Positions 9,524 to 19,223 of a DNA stretch of 64,000 nt are shown piece by piece. The stretch is from positions 640,001-704,000 of the forward strand of contig CAWDXG010000001.1 in assembly GCA_963806225.1 (NCBI GenBank). The letters are read 5' to 3'. A program made the position numbers and the translations under genes. Positions within the stretch are counted from its first letter, which is position 1; every line of letters begins with the position of its first letter. The stretch is from an uncultured delta proteobacterium (GTDB taxonomy: Bacteria > Myxococcota_A > Polyangia > Polyangiales > Polyangiaceae). Below the pieces are notes generated by a model. That model was not told the DNA's origin and made no database searches. It saw nothing but the letters and a program-made list of their open reading frames with translations.

Positions 9524-11002
9524 ATGGCGAAATGGGGTATCCGGGTCGAATATCTAGGCATCCTGGCCGGCTGCGCGTTTGCGCTGGCGTTGGGAAGGGG
9601 GTGCAGCAGCGACACGCAGTCCGGCAGCGCCTCGCACAAGGATGCCGGCCCGGACGCAGCGGGTGACACCGGCACCGCCGATGGGAGCGGCGGCAGCGGT
9701 GGCGCCAACGGCAACTGCCAGCTCGTAGGGACCAGTTGCGCCGCGAACAGCGACTGCTGCTCGGCCAACTGCGATCCGAAGCTGCAGGCGTGTGCCAACC
9801 CGGTCGGTTCGTGCAAGACCGCGGGGCAGGCGTGCTCTTCACCGACGGACTGCTGCACGCTGGTCTGCAACGGCGGACAGTGCGGCTCCAAGCTGTGCAC
9901 GTCCGACAACCAGCCGTGCACCACGGACGGCGAGTGCTGTGGCGGCAAGTGCGGAGCTGGGCCCGACGGCGGCGCCAAGGTCTGTCAGCCGCTCAACACC
10001 ACCTGCAAGACATCGGGCAACACCTGCTCGGCCAACGGCGACTGCTGCTCGTCGGTGTGCACGAACGGCACCTGCTCTGCCAAGCCGTCCTTCTGCACCC
10101 AGACCGGCGACACCTGCTCCAAGGATACCGACTGCTGCGGCGGCATCTGCACCAAGCAGTCCGGCGCGACTCTCGGAATCTGCTCGTTGCCCGCAGCGCC
10201 CGGCGGCACCCAGTGTCTCGTTGCCGGCGAGGTGTGCAGCGGTGGCGCGATGGCGAGCGCCGACGCCGGAACCATTCCGCAGTGCGGCGGCGATTGCTGC
10301 AGCCGTGCGTGTGGTCCCTACGGTCCGACCGGCGTGTACGTGTGCCAGCCGGCCAGCGGCTGCCGGCCTACCGGCGACATCTGCACCAAGGACTCGGACT
10401 GCTGCGGCTCGACGGGCATGCCGGGCGGAAACGGCTCCGTCAAGTGCAGCAAGGGAGCAGGCCAGAAGGTCGGCCGCTGCGACAACGGGCAGGGCTGCCG
10501 TCCCGCCGGCGCGGTGTGCAAGCTCGCGAGCACCTCGTGCAACGCCGAGAACCACTGCTGCGCGGGCAACGTCAACACGGACCCGACGGTGTGCCAGCAG
10601 GATCTCCTGGGCGTTCCGCGCTGCACCGGCGTCGGCGGCTGCGGCGACGCGGGCTCGATGGCGGGCAAGGCCTGTGCGAGCAGCGCGGACTGCTGCGGCC
10701 TGCCGTGCCTGCCTAACGCCAACGGGACCGGATTCGTCTGCGGTACGACCTGCGTGAAGGCCGGCGGCGACTGTTCGAGCAACGCCGACTGCTGCGCGGG
10801 GCTGCCCTGCACGCTGGATCCGGGCTCGAGCAAGGGCTACTGCGGCTATCCGCCCACTCCCGACGCCGGCACCGACAGCGGCCCGCCGCCGCAGGACGGC
10901 GGAACCTGCGCGCTGCTGGGCCAGACCTGCACGCAGAACAGCGACTGCTGCAATGGCGTGCCGTGCACCAACGGCATCTGCAAGTGGGTCATCCCGCAGT
11001 AG
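9524..11002 (+). CDS. Cys-rich lipoprotein with 11 knottin-like C-C-CC-C-C modules
   Basis: Signal peptide with lipobox Cys (LALGRGC), Gly/Ser linker, repeated CxxxGxxCxxxxDCCxxxC..C units. Confidence 0.8.
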   Translation: MAKWGIRVEYLGILAGCAFALALGRGCSSDTQSGSASHKDAGPDAAGDTGTADGSGGSGGANGNCQLVGTSCAANSDCCSANCDPKLQACANPVGSCKTAGQACSSPTDCCTLVCNGGQCGSKLCTSDNQPCTTDGECCGGKCGAGPDGGAKVCQPLNTTCKTSGNTCSANGDCCSSVCTNGTCSAKPSFCTQTGDTCSKDTDCCGGICTKQSGATLGICSLPAAPGGTQCLVAGEVCSGGAMASADAGTIPQCGGDCCSRACGPYGPTGVYVCQPASGCRPTGDICTKDSDCCGSTGMPGGNGSVKCSKGAGQKVGRCDNGQGCRPAGAVCKLASTSCNAENHCCAGNVNTDPTVCQQDLLGVPRCTGVGGCGDAGSMAGKACASSADCCGLPCLPNANGTGFVCGTTCVKAGGDCSSNADCCAGLPCTLDPGSSKGYCGYPPTPDAGTDSGPPPQDGGTCALLGQTCTQNSDCCNGVPCTNGICKWVIPQ

Positions 11003-11020
11003 CAGCGGCGTAGCCGCGCA

Positions 11021-11049
11021 GACGGGCGGGCCGCGTCGGCCCGCCCGTC
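11021..11049. terminator. Perfect 13-bp GC hairpin between convergent genes
   Basis: GACGGGCGGGCCG-CGT-CGGCCCGCCCGTC between the stops at 11002 and 11051; no U-tract. Confidence 0.55.
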
Positions 11050-11050
11050 G

Positions 11051-11821
11051 CTATTTCGTGGCCTGAGTGCACGCCGCGCCGAGCAATCCGTACAGCTCGC
11101 GGCGCATCGCGTACGGCACGCTGTGGCGCACGCCGGGGAACGCCCTGAGCTCGGCGCGGTATCCGGCGGCACGCAGGGCCTCGACCGCACTCTTCGATCG
11201 GTCGACGGGCACCCGTGGGTCGTCCCTGCCGTGCAGCGCGACGACGGGCGGCAGCGGTCCGGCGGGGCGCTTGGCGGGGCGGAGCTGGGCCGGCAACATG
11301 CCGCCCATCGGATACGCCGCCGCGATGCGTCCGGGGTAGAGCGCCGCGATCGCGAACGAGAGCATGCCGCCCTGCGAAAACCCCGTGACGATGGGCCGCC
11401 CGAGCGTCGGACGGCGGCGCGCGGCCTCCGCCATCGCACGGGCGACCTGATCGGTCGCGCGGTGGATCCGTTCGGCGAGCTTCGCGTCGTCGCCCATCTC
11501 GAACCACGAGTAGCCGCCGTGGAAGGGCAGGGGTGCGCGCAGCACGACGACGCGCGCTCGCGCGTCCAGTCCGTCGAACACGTGGATGAAGCTCGCGGGG
11601 CGATCGCCCAGACCGTGCAGCGCCACGATGAGCGGCAGCCGTGCCTGCCTCGACGCGCCGCCCGTGACGCGCTCCACGAAGTGGAGGCCGGCGAACGTGT
11701 CCGGAGCGTCGACCGCGTGCGCTGCTCCAGGCTTGCTGGACGCGGCGGGATGGGGCGCGGGTCTGTGGTCGCATCCCACGACCAGCGTCGCGAGGACCAG
11801 GAACCGGAACGCTGCTTTCAT
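11051..11821 (-). CDS. Lipoprotein phospholipase/carboxylesterase
   Basis: Lipobox VVGC, LHGLGD, GFSQGG nucleophile elbow, HGRDD, terminal His. Confidence 0.85.
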   Translation of the reverse strand: MKAAFRFLVLATLVVGCDHRPAPHPAASSKPGAAHAVDAPDTFAGLHFVERVTGGASRQARLPLIVALHGLGDRPASFIHVFDGLDARARVVVLRAPLPFHGGYSWFEMGDDAKLAERIHRATDQVARAMAEAARRRPTLGRPIVTGFSQGGMLSFAIAALYPGRIAAAYPMGGMLPAQLRPAKRPAGPLPPVVALHGRDDPRVPVDRSKSAVEALRAAGYRAELRAFPGVRHSVPYAMRRELYGLLGAACTQATK

Positions 11822-11890
11822 GGCTGGATGCCGGAGCTTTCGACAGGCATGGCGCGGACAGGCCGCGACGTTCTACAATCGCGCGCCACG

Positions 11891-13933
11891 ATGCGGAAGA
11901 TCTTCCTGCTTGTCTCGTTGTGTCTGCTGTCGGCCGGCTGCGGGAGCAGCGGCGATTCTGGCTCCAAGGGCACGCTCGCGGTGTTCGACCTGGGTGCCGA
12001 TCTCTCCCAGGCGGACAGCTACTACGACGTGCCGTTCCCTTCCGACCTCAGGCTTACGGCCCAGGGGACGCCCGATGTGAGCGGCTTCCCGAATCCCTAC
12101 AACAAGCAGATCGTCAGCGGGCTCAAGCACATCGCAGGCCAGCGCCCCGGTTTTTCGACGGTTCCCGTTGCCTTCTTCCGCTTCACCGGCGCCATCCTGC
12201 CCCGCACTCCGGACCAGCTCATCCCCGCCGACCCGTCTTCGCCCATCCTGCTCATCGACGTGGACAAGAGCTCGCCCGATCGCGGAAAGCTCATCCCCAC
12301 CATCGCGAATACGCCCGGCAGCGACGGCGCGTACATTCCCGACAACCTGTTGGCGGTGTCGGCGTACCCAGGCATCGTGCTGCACCCGAAGCGACAGTAC
12401 GCATTCGTCGTGATGCGCTCCGCCGACGATGTCGCGAAGAAGCCACTCGGCGTTCCGGGTGCACTCCGGCAGCTGGAAGCGGGCAAGGCGCCGAGCGGGG
12501 CGAAAGGCGCGGACGCGGTGAAGCTCTATGCTCCGCTCTGGGACACGCTGCAGAAAGCCGGCATCGACAAGGCCCAGGTGGCAGCCGCTACCGTGTTCAC
12601 CACCGGCGACGTCGTACAGGAGACGTACGACATGTCGAACGCGCTGCTCGCCAAGTACGACCTCACGATCGATAACCTCACGCTGGATCCGTCTAGTGCC
12701 ACGGCGCCGCGCTTCTGTGAGCTCAGGGGCACCATCGACTACCCGGAGTTCCAGAAGGGCAAACCACCGTACGACACCGATGGCGAGTTCGTGCTCGACA
12801 AGAGTGGCGTGCCGATCGAACAGCGCAAGCTGACCGCGCCGATCGTGCTCACGCTGCCCAAGCAGCCCATGCCGCAGGGCGGCTACCCGCTCGTGATGTA
12901 CTTCCACGGCTCCGGCGGCCTCAGCACACAGGTGGTCGACCGGGGCACCGTGACGGTCAAGGGCGGTCAGCCCACGCCGGGACAGGGGCCGGCCTACGTG
13001 CTCGCGCCGTTCGGTTTCGCCGCCGCGGGCAGCGCACTGCCGCTGAATCCGGAACGCGTGCCCGGCGCCGGCGAGACGGAGTACCTCAACACCAACAACC
13101 TGGCGGCGTTCCCCTATACGTTCCGCCAGGGCGCGATCGAGCAGCGGCTGTTCATCGAGGCGCTGTCGAAGCTCCAGATCGACCCGTCGTTGCTCGCCGG
13201 CTGCAGCGGACCGACGCTGCCCACCGGCCAGACGAAGTTCAAGTTCAATACCGACCCGCTGCTGGCGATGGGCCAGTCGATGGGCGGCATGTACACCAAC
13301 ATGATCGGCGCGGTGGAACCGAAGATCAAAGCCGTGGTGCCGACCGGCGCCGGCGGATTCTGGCGCCAGTTCATCGTCCAGACGAAGCTGCTCGGCAATC
13401 TGGGCAGGCTGGTGGGCATCATTCTCGGGCTCGACGCGAAAACGGAGCTCACTCCCCTGCATCCCGCGCTCGCTCTGCTGGAGACAGGCTGGGAGCCGGC
13501 CGAGCCCATGGTCTACATGCCGCGGCTCGCGCGCCGTCCGCTGTCCGGCAGTCCCGTACGTCCCATCTACGAACCGGTGGGCAAGGGCGACAGCTACTTC
13601 CCGACCACGCTCTACAACGCGATCGTGCTCGCCTACGGCCACGAGGAAGCGGGTGACATTGTCTGGCCCGAGATGCAGGACTCGCTCAAGGTCGTAGGCC
13701 TCGACGGTATCGTGAAGTATCCCGTCAAGGACGATCTCACCTCCGAGGCCGGTAAGAAGTTCACGGGCGTTGTCGTGCAGTACGAGGGTGACGGCATCTA
13801 CGATCCGCACGCGATCTTCGCGCAGCTCGACGCCGTGAAGTACCAGTACGGCTGCTTCTTCAAGTCGTTCCTCGACACCGGAACCGCCGTCGTGCCCGCC
13901 CCGGCGCCGCTCGGCACGCCGTGCCCGGAGTAG
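11891..13933 (+). CDS. Secreted lipoprotein alpha/beta hydrolase (lipase-like), paralog A
   Basis: Lipobox SAGC, PFPSD..GFS N-terminal domain, YFHGSGG, GQSMGG, C-terminal His (DPH). Confidence 0.75.
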   Translation: MRKIFLLVSLCLLSAGCGSSGDSGSKGTLAVFDLGADLSQADSYYDVPFPSDLRLTAQGTPDVSGFPNPYNKQIVSGLKHIAGQRPGFSTVPVAFFRFTGAILPRTPDQLIPADPSSPILLIDVDKSSPDRGKLIPTIANTPGSDGAYIPDNLLAVSAYPGIVLHPKRQYAFVVMRSADDVAKKPLGVPGALRQLEAGKAPSGAKGADAVKLYAPLWDTLQKAGIDKAQVAAATVFTTGDVVQETYDMSNALLAKYDLTIDNLTLDPSSATAPRFCELRGTIDYPEFQKGKPPYDTDGEFVLDKSGVPIEQRKLTAPIVLTLPKQPMPQGGYPLVMYFHGSGGLSTQVVDRGTVTVKGGQPTPGQGPAYVLAPFGFAAAGSALPLNPERVPGAGETEYLNTNNLAAFPYTFRQGAIEQRLFIEALSKLQIDPSLLAGCSGPTLPTGQTKFKFNTDPLLAMGQSMGGMYTNMIGAVEPKIKAVVPTGAGGFWRQFIVQTKLLGNLGRLVGIILGLDAKTELTPLHPALALLETGWEPAEPMVYMPRLARRPLSGSPVRPIYEPVGKGDSYFPTTLYNAIVLAYGHEEAGDIVWPEMQDSLKVVGLDGIVKYPVKDDLTSEAGKKFTGVVVQYEGDGIYDPHAIFAQLDAVKYQYGCFFKSFLDTGTAVVPAPAPLGTPCPE

Positions 13934-13936
13934 CGC

Positions 13937-15404
13937 GTGGCGCGACCGTCCAGGTACGGGCTCTGGCTCGTTGCTCTCTTCGTCGGATGCGCTCCGCGCG
14001 TCGCGCCCCGGCCGCATTCCGCCGCGCAAGCTCCGGTTGTGCCGCCTGTCCCCGCCCCCGCCCCGCGGCCTCGCGCGCACCGGACTGACGACACGCCGCC
14101 TGCTCCGCCCCCGGGCAGCGCGCTGTGGGCCGAGCACTTCGGTGGCGGCGGCAGCGCGCAGGGGACCGGCATCGCCGTCGGTCCCGATCGCGATATCGTC
14201 CTGACCGGGCAATACACCCGCGACATCGAATTCGGCGACGCGCGCTACCAGAGCAGGGGTCTGGAGGACGTGTTCGTCGCCAAGCTCGACCCCGACGGCA
14301 AGCCCTTGTGGAGCCGCAGCTTCGGCGGCAAGGGGAACGACTACGCCAGCGCCGCGGCCGTGGACGCAAAGGGCAACGTCTACATCACGGGCTTCTTCAC
14401 CGGTGCGATCGACTTCGGCAGCGGCCCGGTGCGCTCGAAGGGCGTGCACGACGTCTTCCTCGTCAAGCTCTCGCCCGACGGAGAGCCGGTCTGGAGCCGC
14501 CGCTATGGCGACGCTGCCGACCAGGTGTCGCTACGGGTATTTCCCGATGCGTCCGGGCAACTTGTCGCGGCGGGCTATGCGCGGGGCACGGTCGTCTTCG
14601 GCAAGCACAGGGTGTCGAGCTATCCGGACAAGTCCACGTTCATCGCCAGGCTCGACGCCGGCGGCAACGCGCTGTGGAGCACGGGCTTCGGCCACATCTA
14701 CGACTACGCGTATCCGGCGGCCGTCACCGACGCCCGCGGTCATGTTTTCTTCAGCGCGGGCTCCGATCCGTCGCCGGAGTTCGGCGGCCCCGCGCGTCAC
14801 AAGCCGCGCGAGACCGACCTCGGCCTGGTGCTGGGCGAGCTCGACGACGCGGGCAAGGTCGTGTGGCGGAAGCGCCTGGGCGGCGGTAGCTCCAACATGG
14901 AAACGTCCATCGGGCTGGAGCCGAACGGGGACATTGTCACGGCAGGCAGCTTCGGCGGGCGGCTCGACTTCGGGGGCGGCGAGTACCGGAGCAAGGGGCT
15001 GTCGGATTCTATTCGTCGCGCGGCTGACCCGCACGGGTGCGCACGTCTGGAGCCGTCGCTTCTCCGGCTCGCGCGTGCAGAGCATCGCCGACATGGGCGT
15101 AGCGCCCGACGGCAGCCTGTACCTCGCCGGGCAATTCATGAAGGGCACACTCGACTTCCAGGCGACCGAGCTCCAGGGCGCCGGCAGCGAGAACGGTTTC
15201 GCGGCCAGGCTGGCACCCGACGGCCACGTGCTGTGGGCGCGGTGCTTCTGCACCGGTCGCCTCGACTGGCTCTCTGCCGTCGCACTCGAGTCCGCCGGAG
15301 AACCCGTCGTGACGGGTGCCTTCACGGGCAGCTTCGACGTAGGTTCGGGGGCCTTGCAGAGCGTCGGGCAGGAGGACGTGCTGGTGGCGAGGCTCCGGCC
15401 CTGA
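13937..15404 (+). pseudogene. SBBP-like beta-propeller repeat lipoprotein with a +1 frameshift at about 15007
   Basis: Repeats of the type DVFVAKLDPDGKPLWSRSFG. The repeats continue in another frame; removing one T of TT 15007-15008 restores ..SDLFVARL... May be a sequencing error. Confidence 0.7.
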
Positions 15405-15499
15405 CGCGCGGCGACATTTCCGCCTCGCCGGGGCGGGCTGCCACGCGACATCGGAGGGTCCACATCGGGAATTTCCAGACAATTCCCCCAATGGGTGCT

Positions 15500-15515
15500 G
15501 GGCACGGAGCTTGCT
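15500..15515 (+). promoter_or_regulatory. sigma54 -24/-12 promoter between convergent genes
   Basis: GGGCACGGAGCTTGCT, GG 15501-15502 and GC 15513-15514; upstream dyad GGGAATT-N7-AATTCCC at 15467-15487. Confidence 0.6.
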
Positions 15516-15525
15516 CTAGCGATGT

Positions 15526-15625
15526 GCAGGCGGCGCCGGTCGGGGGTCCGGAGGGGGGGGGCCTCCTCTTGACCCGGACCCAGGCCAGGAACGTCCGCCC
15601 GACCCATACCGCGTCGAGCGACGCG
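15526..15625 (+). ncRNA. Candidate sigma54-dependent G-rich hairpin sRNA
   Basis: Follows the sigma54 motif with no plus-strand CDS. Long hairpin (GGGUCCGG/CCGGACCC enclosing a G-run/CCUCCUCU pair) and a terminal CGCGUCG/CGACGCG hairpin. Confidence 0.4.
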
Positions 15626-15627
15626 CT

Positions 15628-17652
15628 CTAGGGGCAGGGCGCGTCCTGCGCGGCCGGTGCGGGCACAGTGGGCGTGCCCGCGAGCAGGCTCGCGAGGAAG
15701 CAGCGGTACATGTGCTTCGGCGGCTCGGTCTGGAATACGACCTCGTGGCCGTCCTCCACGCCGTCCTCGCGCTGCTGCACGACGACCGCGGTCGTATGCG
15801 CGTCGATGTTGCCGGTCGCGGGAAGCGGGATGTGCTGGCGCCCCGAGAACGGCAGCCGCCGGTCCAGCGTCGGAAATGCGGAGATCTCGGGCGTGTCCGC
15901 ATCGAGCGCCTTGCCGGCGAAATCGAGGCCGAGCGACAGGCTCGAGGCCTCCGAGATCGTCGGCATGATGTAGTGATCGACGATGCCCTGCACCATCAGG
16001 ACGTCGCGCGGCGCGCCCTGTCGCGGACGCTGTACGATGTACGGAGCATAGACCGGCGGGTCGGCGGGCTCGGCCGCCCACTGGAAGAGGTTCAATGCCG
16101 GATCCTGTTCGGTGAGCGAGTACTTGCCGGCGACGCCGAGCAGAAGCTCCGCAGGACCCTTCACCGGAACTGGATGCAGCTTGTAGAGCACGTTCTCGAT
16201 CCAGCTGCCCCCTTCGCCGCTGAGGATTGCGGCCTTGAATGCCGGCTCGGTCGCGAGGGTGAGCGGCGCGATCGTGGCGCCCATCGAGTGGCCCATCAGC
16301 GCGAAGTGATCGGCGTCGAAGTGCACGGGGTTGCCGCCGGTGTCGAGGCCCGGGCATGACGAGGCGTCGAACGTGAGCTTCTCGAGCACGTGCGCCTCTA
16401 GCGCGAGCTCGGCCGCGGACTGACGCACGTTGTCGCGAAGCGCCGCGGGGTTGTTCACGTTGAACATCAGGAACTGTTCGTCGCGCCCGGTGACGTTGCG
16501 CAGCCCGCCGTGCGGCCCGTCGACGCTGGCGCCCGCCCAGCCCACCTTGGCGAAGCCCAGCGCGGGCCCGGTGCCGGGGACGAGGGCGGGCCCGCCCGTC
16601 TTCGCCTGCACGCCCCGGTCGACGAGCGGTCGATCTCCACCGCCGCCGGTGCGGCTGAACAGCACGATCGGAAAGCCCGCTGCCGGCATCTTCCGCCTGG
16701 GCACGGTCACGACGATGTGCGCGTTCTCGTTCCTCTGGAATTCCGGCTTGCCGTCGGCGCCGAACAGCCAGTCGCCGCCGCTCTCGTCGAAGGGCGGCGT
16801 GCCGCTCTGGTAGTCCGGTATCTCGATCGTGGACGAGAACACGCAGTAGTCGTTGAACACCTCGTCCGCCGAAAACGGTTGGACGGGCATTGGAAGCGGG
16901 CGCGCCAGCATCGCCTTCTCGACCGCCGAAACGCCCCGGGTTGGATCGTCGGTCGTGTACACGGCGAGCCCGGCCAGGTCCGGAGCCTTCACGCCGAACG
17001 ACCCGAGTGCGGCGATGGCTTTGTCGTACTCGGCGGCGACCGCATCGCTCATCCCGGCCGGCGTATGCCCATTGACGAGCTCGGACAGCGAGCGCGGCAC
17101 GCCAAGCCGTCTGCCGCCCGCGTCGCGCGCGCTCCGGAGCACCACGGCTGCGTAGCGCGTGGCCGGCCTGAGCGGAATGCCTTGCAACGGGATCAGCGAC
17201 AAGAGGCTCTGCGTGCCGAACGGACCGCCGTCCGCCGCGAAGTGGACGGCCACCGGCTTCCGGGTACCGCGCTCGGGCGAGTTGTCGTCGACGTCGACCA
17301 GGAACACCGGCGCATCGTCCGCAAGGCTGGCCGTTGGATCGGCGTTCACGGACGTATCGAGCGGGCCGTCGAGTGCGAAGTAGATACCCGCGGTGGTCGA
17401 GAAGCCGCGGGCATCGCGCTCGACCAGCTGGATGACCTTGTCGAGGAACACGGACCCATCGTTGGGAAAGCCCCCGAGATCGGGATGTCCGTCGGTTCCC
17501 AGCCGGTTGTCGTCCGGAAACGGCGCCGCGTAGAACCCGCCCGCGAGCTGGTAGTCCGCCAGGACGCGCGTGGGCGCGCGGGGGCTCGCGTCCTTCGACG
17601 AGCACGCGCTGACCAGCACCGCGAGTCCAAGCGCGGCAGCGACGAGGCGCAT
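15628..17652 (-). CDS. Secreted lipoprotein alpha/beta hydrolase (lipase-like), paralog B
   Basis: Lipobox VSAC, PFPDD..GFSTT, GHSMGA, DGHEV; colinear with 11891..13933. Confidence 0.75.
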   Translation of the reverse strand: MRLVAAALGLAVLVSACSSKDASPRAPTRVLADYQLAGGFYAAPFPDDNRLGTDGHPDLGGFPNDGSVFLDKVIQLVERDARGFSTTAGIYFALDGPLDTSVNADPTASLADDAPVFLVDVDDNSPERGTRKPVAVHFAADGGPFGTQSLLSLIPLQGIPLRPATRYAAVVLRSARDAGGRRLGVPRSLSELVNGHTPAGMSDAVAAEYDKAIAALGSFGVKAPDLAGLAVYTTDDPTRGVSAVEKAMLARPLPMPVQPFSADEVFNDYCVFSSTIEIPDYQSGTPPFDESGGDWLFGADGKPEFQRNENAHIVVTVPRRKMPAAGFPIVLFSRTGGGGDRPLVDRGVQAKTGGPALVPGTGPALGFAKVGWAGASVDGPHGGLRNVTGRDEQFLMFNVNNPAALRDNVRQSAAELALEAHVLEKLTFDASSCPGLDTGGNPVHFDADHFALMGHSMGATIAPLTLATEPAFKAAILSGEGGSWIENVLYKLHPVPVKGPAELLLGVAGKYSLTEQDPALNLFQWAAEPADPPVYAPYIVQRPRQGAPRDVLMVQGIVDHYIMPTISEASSLSLGLDFAGKALDADTPEISAFPTLDRRLPFSGRQHIPLPATGNIDAHTTAVVVQQREDGVEDGHEVVFQTEPPKHMYRCFLASLLAGTPTVPAPAAQDAPCP

Positions 17653-17690
17653 GCCGTGACGATATCACGTCGCCCTGCGGGGTGCGAAAG

Positions 17691-19223
17691 TCAGCCCAGC
17701 CGTGCGAGAAGCCGCGCCGAGAGGTAGCGCGACATCGTGATGATTGGGGTCATCGTGTGCGTGGACGAGCTCGATGGGAACCCCGACGAATCGAAGACGT
17801 AGACGTCGCGCGTGCCGTACACGCGGCCGTCGGGGTCGGCGGCTCCGTGGTCGCCGGACGGCGCGAAGCGGACGCCGCCCTGCTGGTGCGCCGACAACAG
17901 AGGCGCGCTCACCGGATCGAACTTCAGGGAATCGACCTTGGCGAAATCCGCCTTCGACCGGATCTCGAGCGGCGGCGATACCGGCACCAGCACGCGCTCC
18001 GCGCCCGCGGCCAGGTAGATGCGCGCGGCGACCTTGATCGCCTGGCGCAACCGCGCCTTGTGGTCCTCGCGGTGCTCGTAGCGCACCAGGGGCCGACCGG
18101 ATGTCGAGACGCGCACCGCGCCGGACGGCGCATCCGGCACCAGCAGCAGCGAGGCAGCGATGTGATCGTAGGTCGTCATCGCCTGCTTGCCTTCGACGCC
18201 GGTGTACGGCAGGAGCGTCGACACGATTCCGGGCGTCCCCATGATCGCCTCGATCCGGAAGCCCCAGAGGCCATGCTCGGGATGGTCGCTCTGTTCGTAG
18301 TGCGTCACGGCGTACGACTGCGGGATGCCGCTAAACGCCCTGACCGGCTCCTTGAAGTACGCCGTCACGGGAAGCTGCGGCTGGAGCGAGAGGTGCTGTC
18401 CGACGTGCCGGTTGCCGGCGCCGGAGCGGATCAGGAGCTGGGCGCTGGCGATGGCGTTCGCGGCCAGTATCGCGACCTTCGCCCGGACCTCGAACGAATG
18501 TTGTTCGTGGTAGCCCTCCGGATCGAGCGTGCGCACCTGGATGCGTTTCACCTCGTCCCTTGCGTAGTCGATCCGCACCGCTCTCGACCTGAGGTAGAAG
18601 CGCGCCCCCGCTTCGATCGCCTTCGGAATGGAAACGAAGCGCGGGTTCCGCTTCGCGTTTGCCGGACAGCCGATGAGACAGGTGCCGAGCCCGAGGCAGC
18701 CCACACGGTTGTGGATCATCGCCCCGCCGCGGAGCCCGAGCGCTTCCGTTCCCGCACGCAGGAGCTGGTTGGCGCGGTTCAGTTGACCGTCGACGATGGG
18801 GTTGGCCGATAGATCCTCGAGAGCGGACTTCTCGTGGGGTGCGAGCGCTGCTCTCGTGAGCCCGGTCAGGCCGTAGCGGCGCTGCCAGAAGGCCAGCACG
18901 CCGTCCGGGATGGGGACGACATCGCAGGCGTTGATCACGCCGCCCCCGCCGAGTGCACGCCCCTGCAGGATCGAGATCGACTGGTCGTCCGTCGCGCGAC
19001 CGCCGCGATCCATGTACAGCTGGTCGTACATCGCGCCGTCGCGCTGCGTCAGCTGGCGGCCGGTGAGGTCCGGTCCTTCTTCCAGCACGACAACGTCGCG
19101 GCCGGCCTCCGCAAGCACGCGCGCGGCGGTTCCGCCGCCGCAGCCCGAGCCGATGATGCAGATCTCGGCGTCGAGCCGTTCCGGGGGCGCCCGCTTCGAC
19201 AGATCGACGATGGCACCGCTCAT
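17691..19223 (-). CDS. GMC family FAD oxidoreductase
   Basis: IIGSGCGGG FAD motif, GRALGGGGVIN, CxxxGxCxxGCP, SAHQQG. Confidence 0.85.
   Translation of the reverse strand: MSGAIVDLSKRAPPERLDAEICIIGSGCGGGTAARVLAEAGRDVVVLEEGPDLTGRQLTQRDGAMYDQLYMDRGGRATDDQSISILQGRALGGGGVINACDVVPIPDGVLAFWQRRYGLTGLTRAALAPHEKSALEDLSANPIVDGQLNRANQLLRAGTEALGLRGGAMIHNRVGCLGLGTCLIGCPANAKRNPRFVSIPKAIEAGARFYLRSRAVRIDYARDEVKRIQVRTLDPEGYHEQHSFEVRAKVAILAANAIASAQLLIRSGAGNRHVGQHLSLQPQLPVTAYFKEPVRAFSGIPQSYAVTHYEQSDHPEHGLWGFRIEAIMGTPGIVSTLLPYTGVEGKQAMTTYDHIAASLLLVPDAPSGAVRVSTSGRPLVRYEHREDHKARLRQAIKVAARIYLAAGAERVLVPVSPPLEIRSKADFAKVDSLKFDPVSAPLLSAHQQGGVRFAPSGDHGAADPDGRVYGTRDVYVFDSSGFPSSSSTHTMTPIITMSRYLSARLLARLG

Noticed and set aside
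14531..17668. 1045-aa ORF and other long overlapping ORFs (for example 11873..14449, 27057..29102, 39340..41940, 42796..45009, 52005..54548)
   Set aside because: Arg/Ala/Pro-rich shadow or antisense frames of real genes, expected in high-GC DNA; no recognisable motifs.
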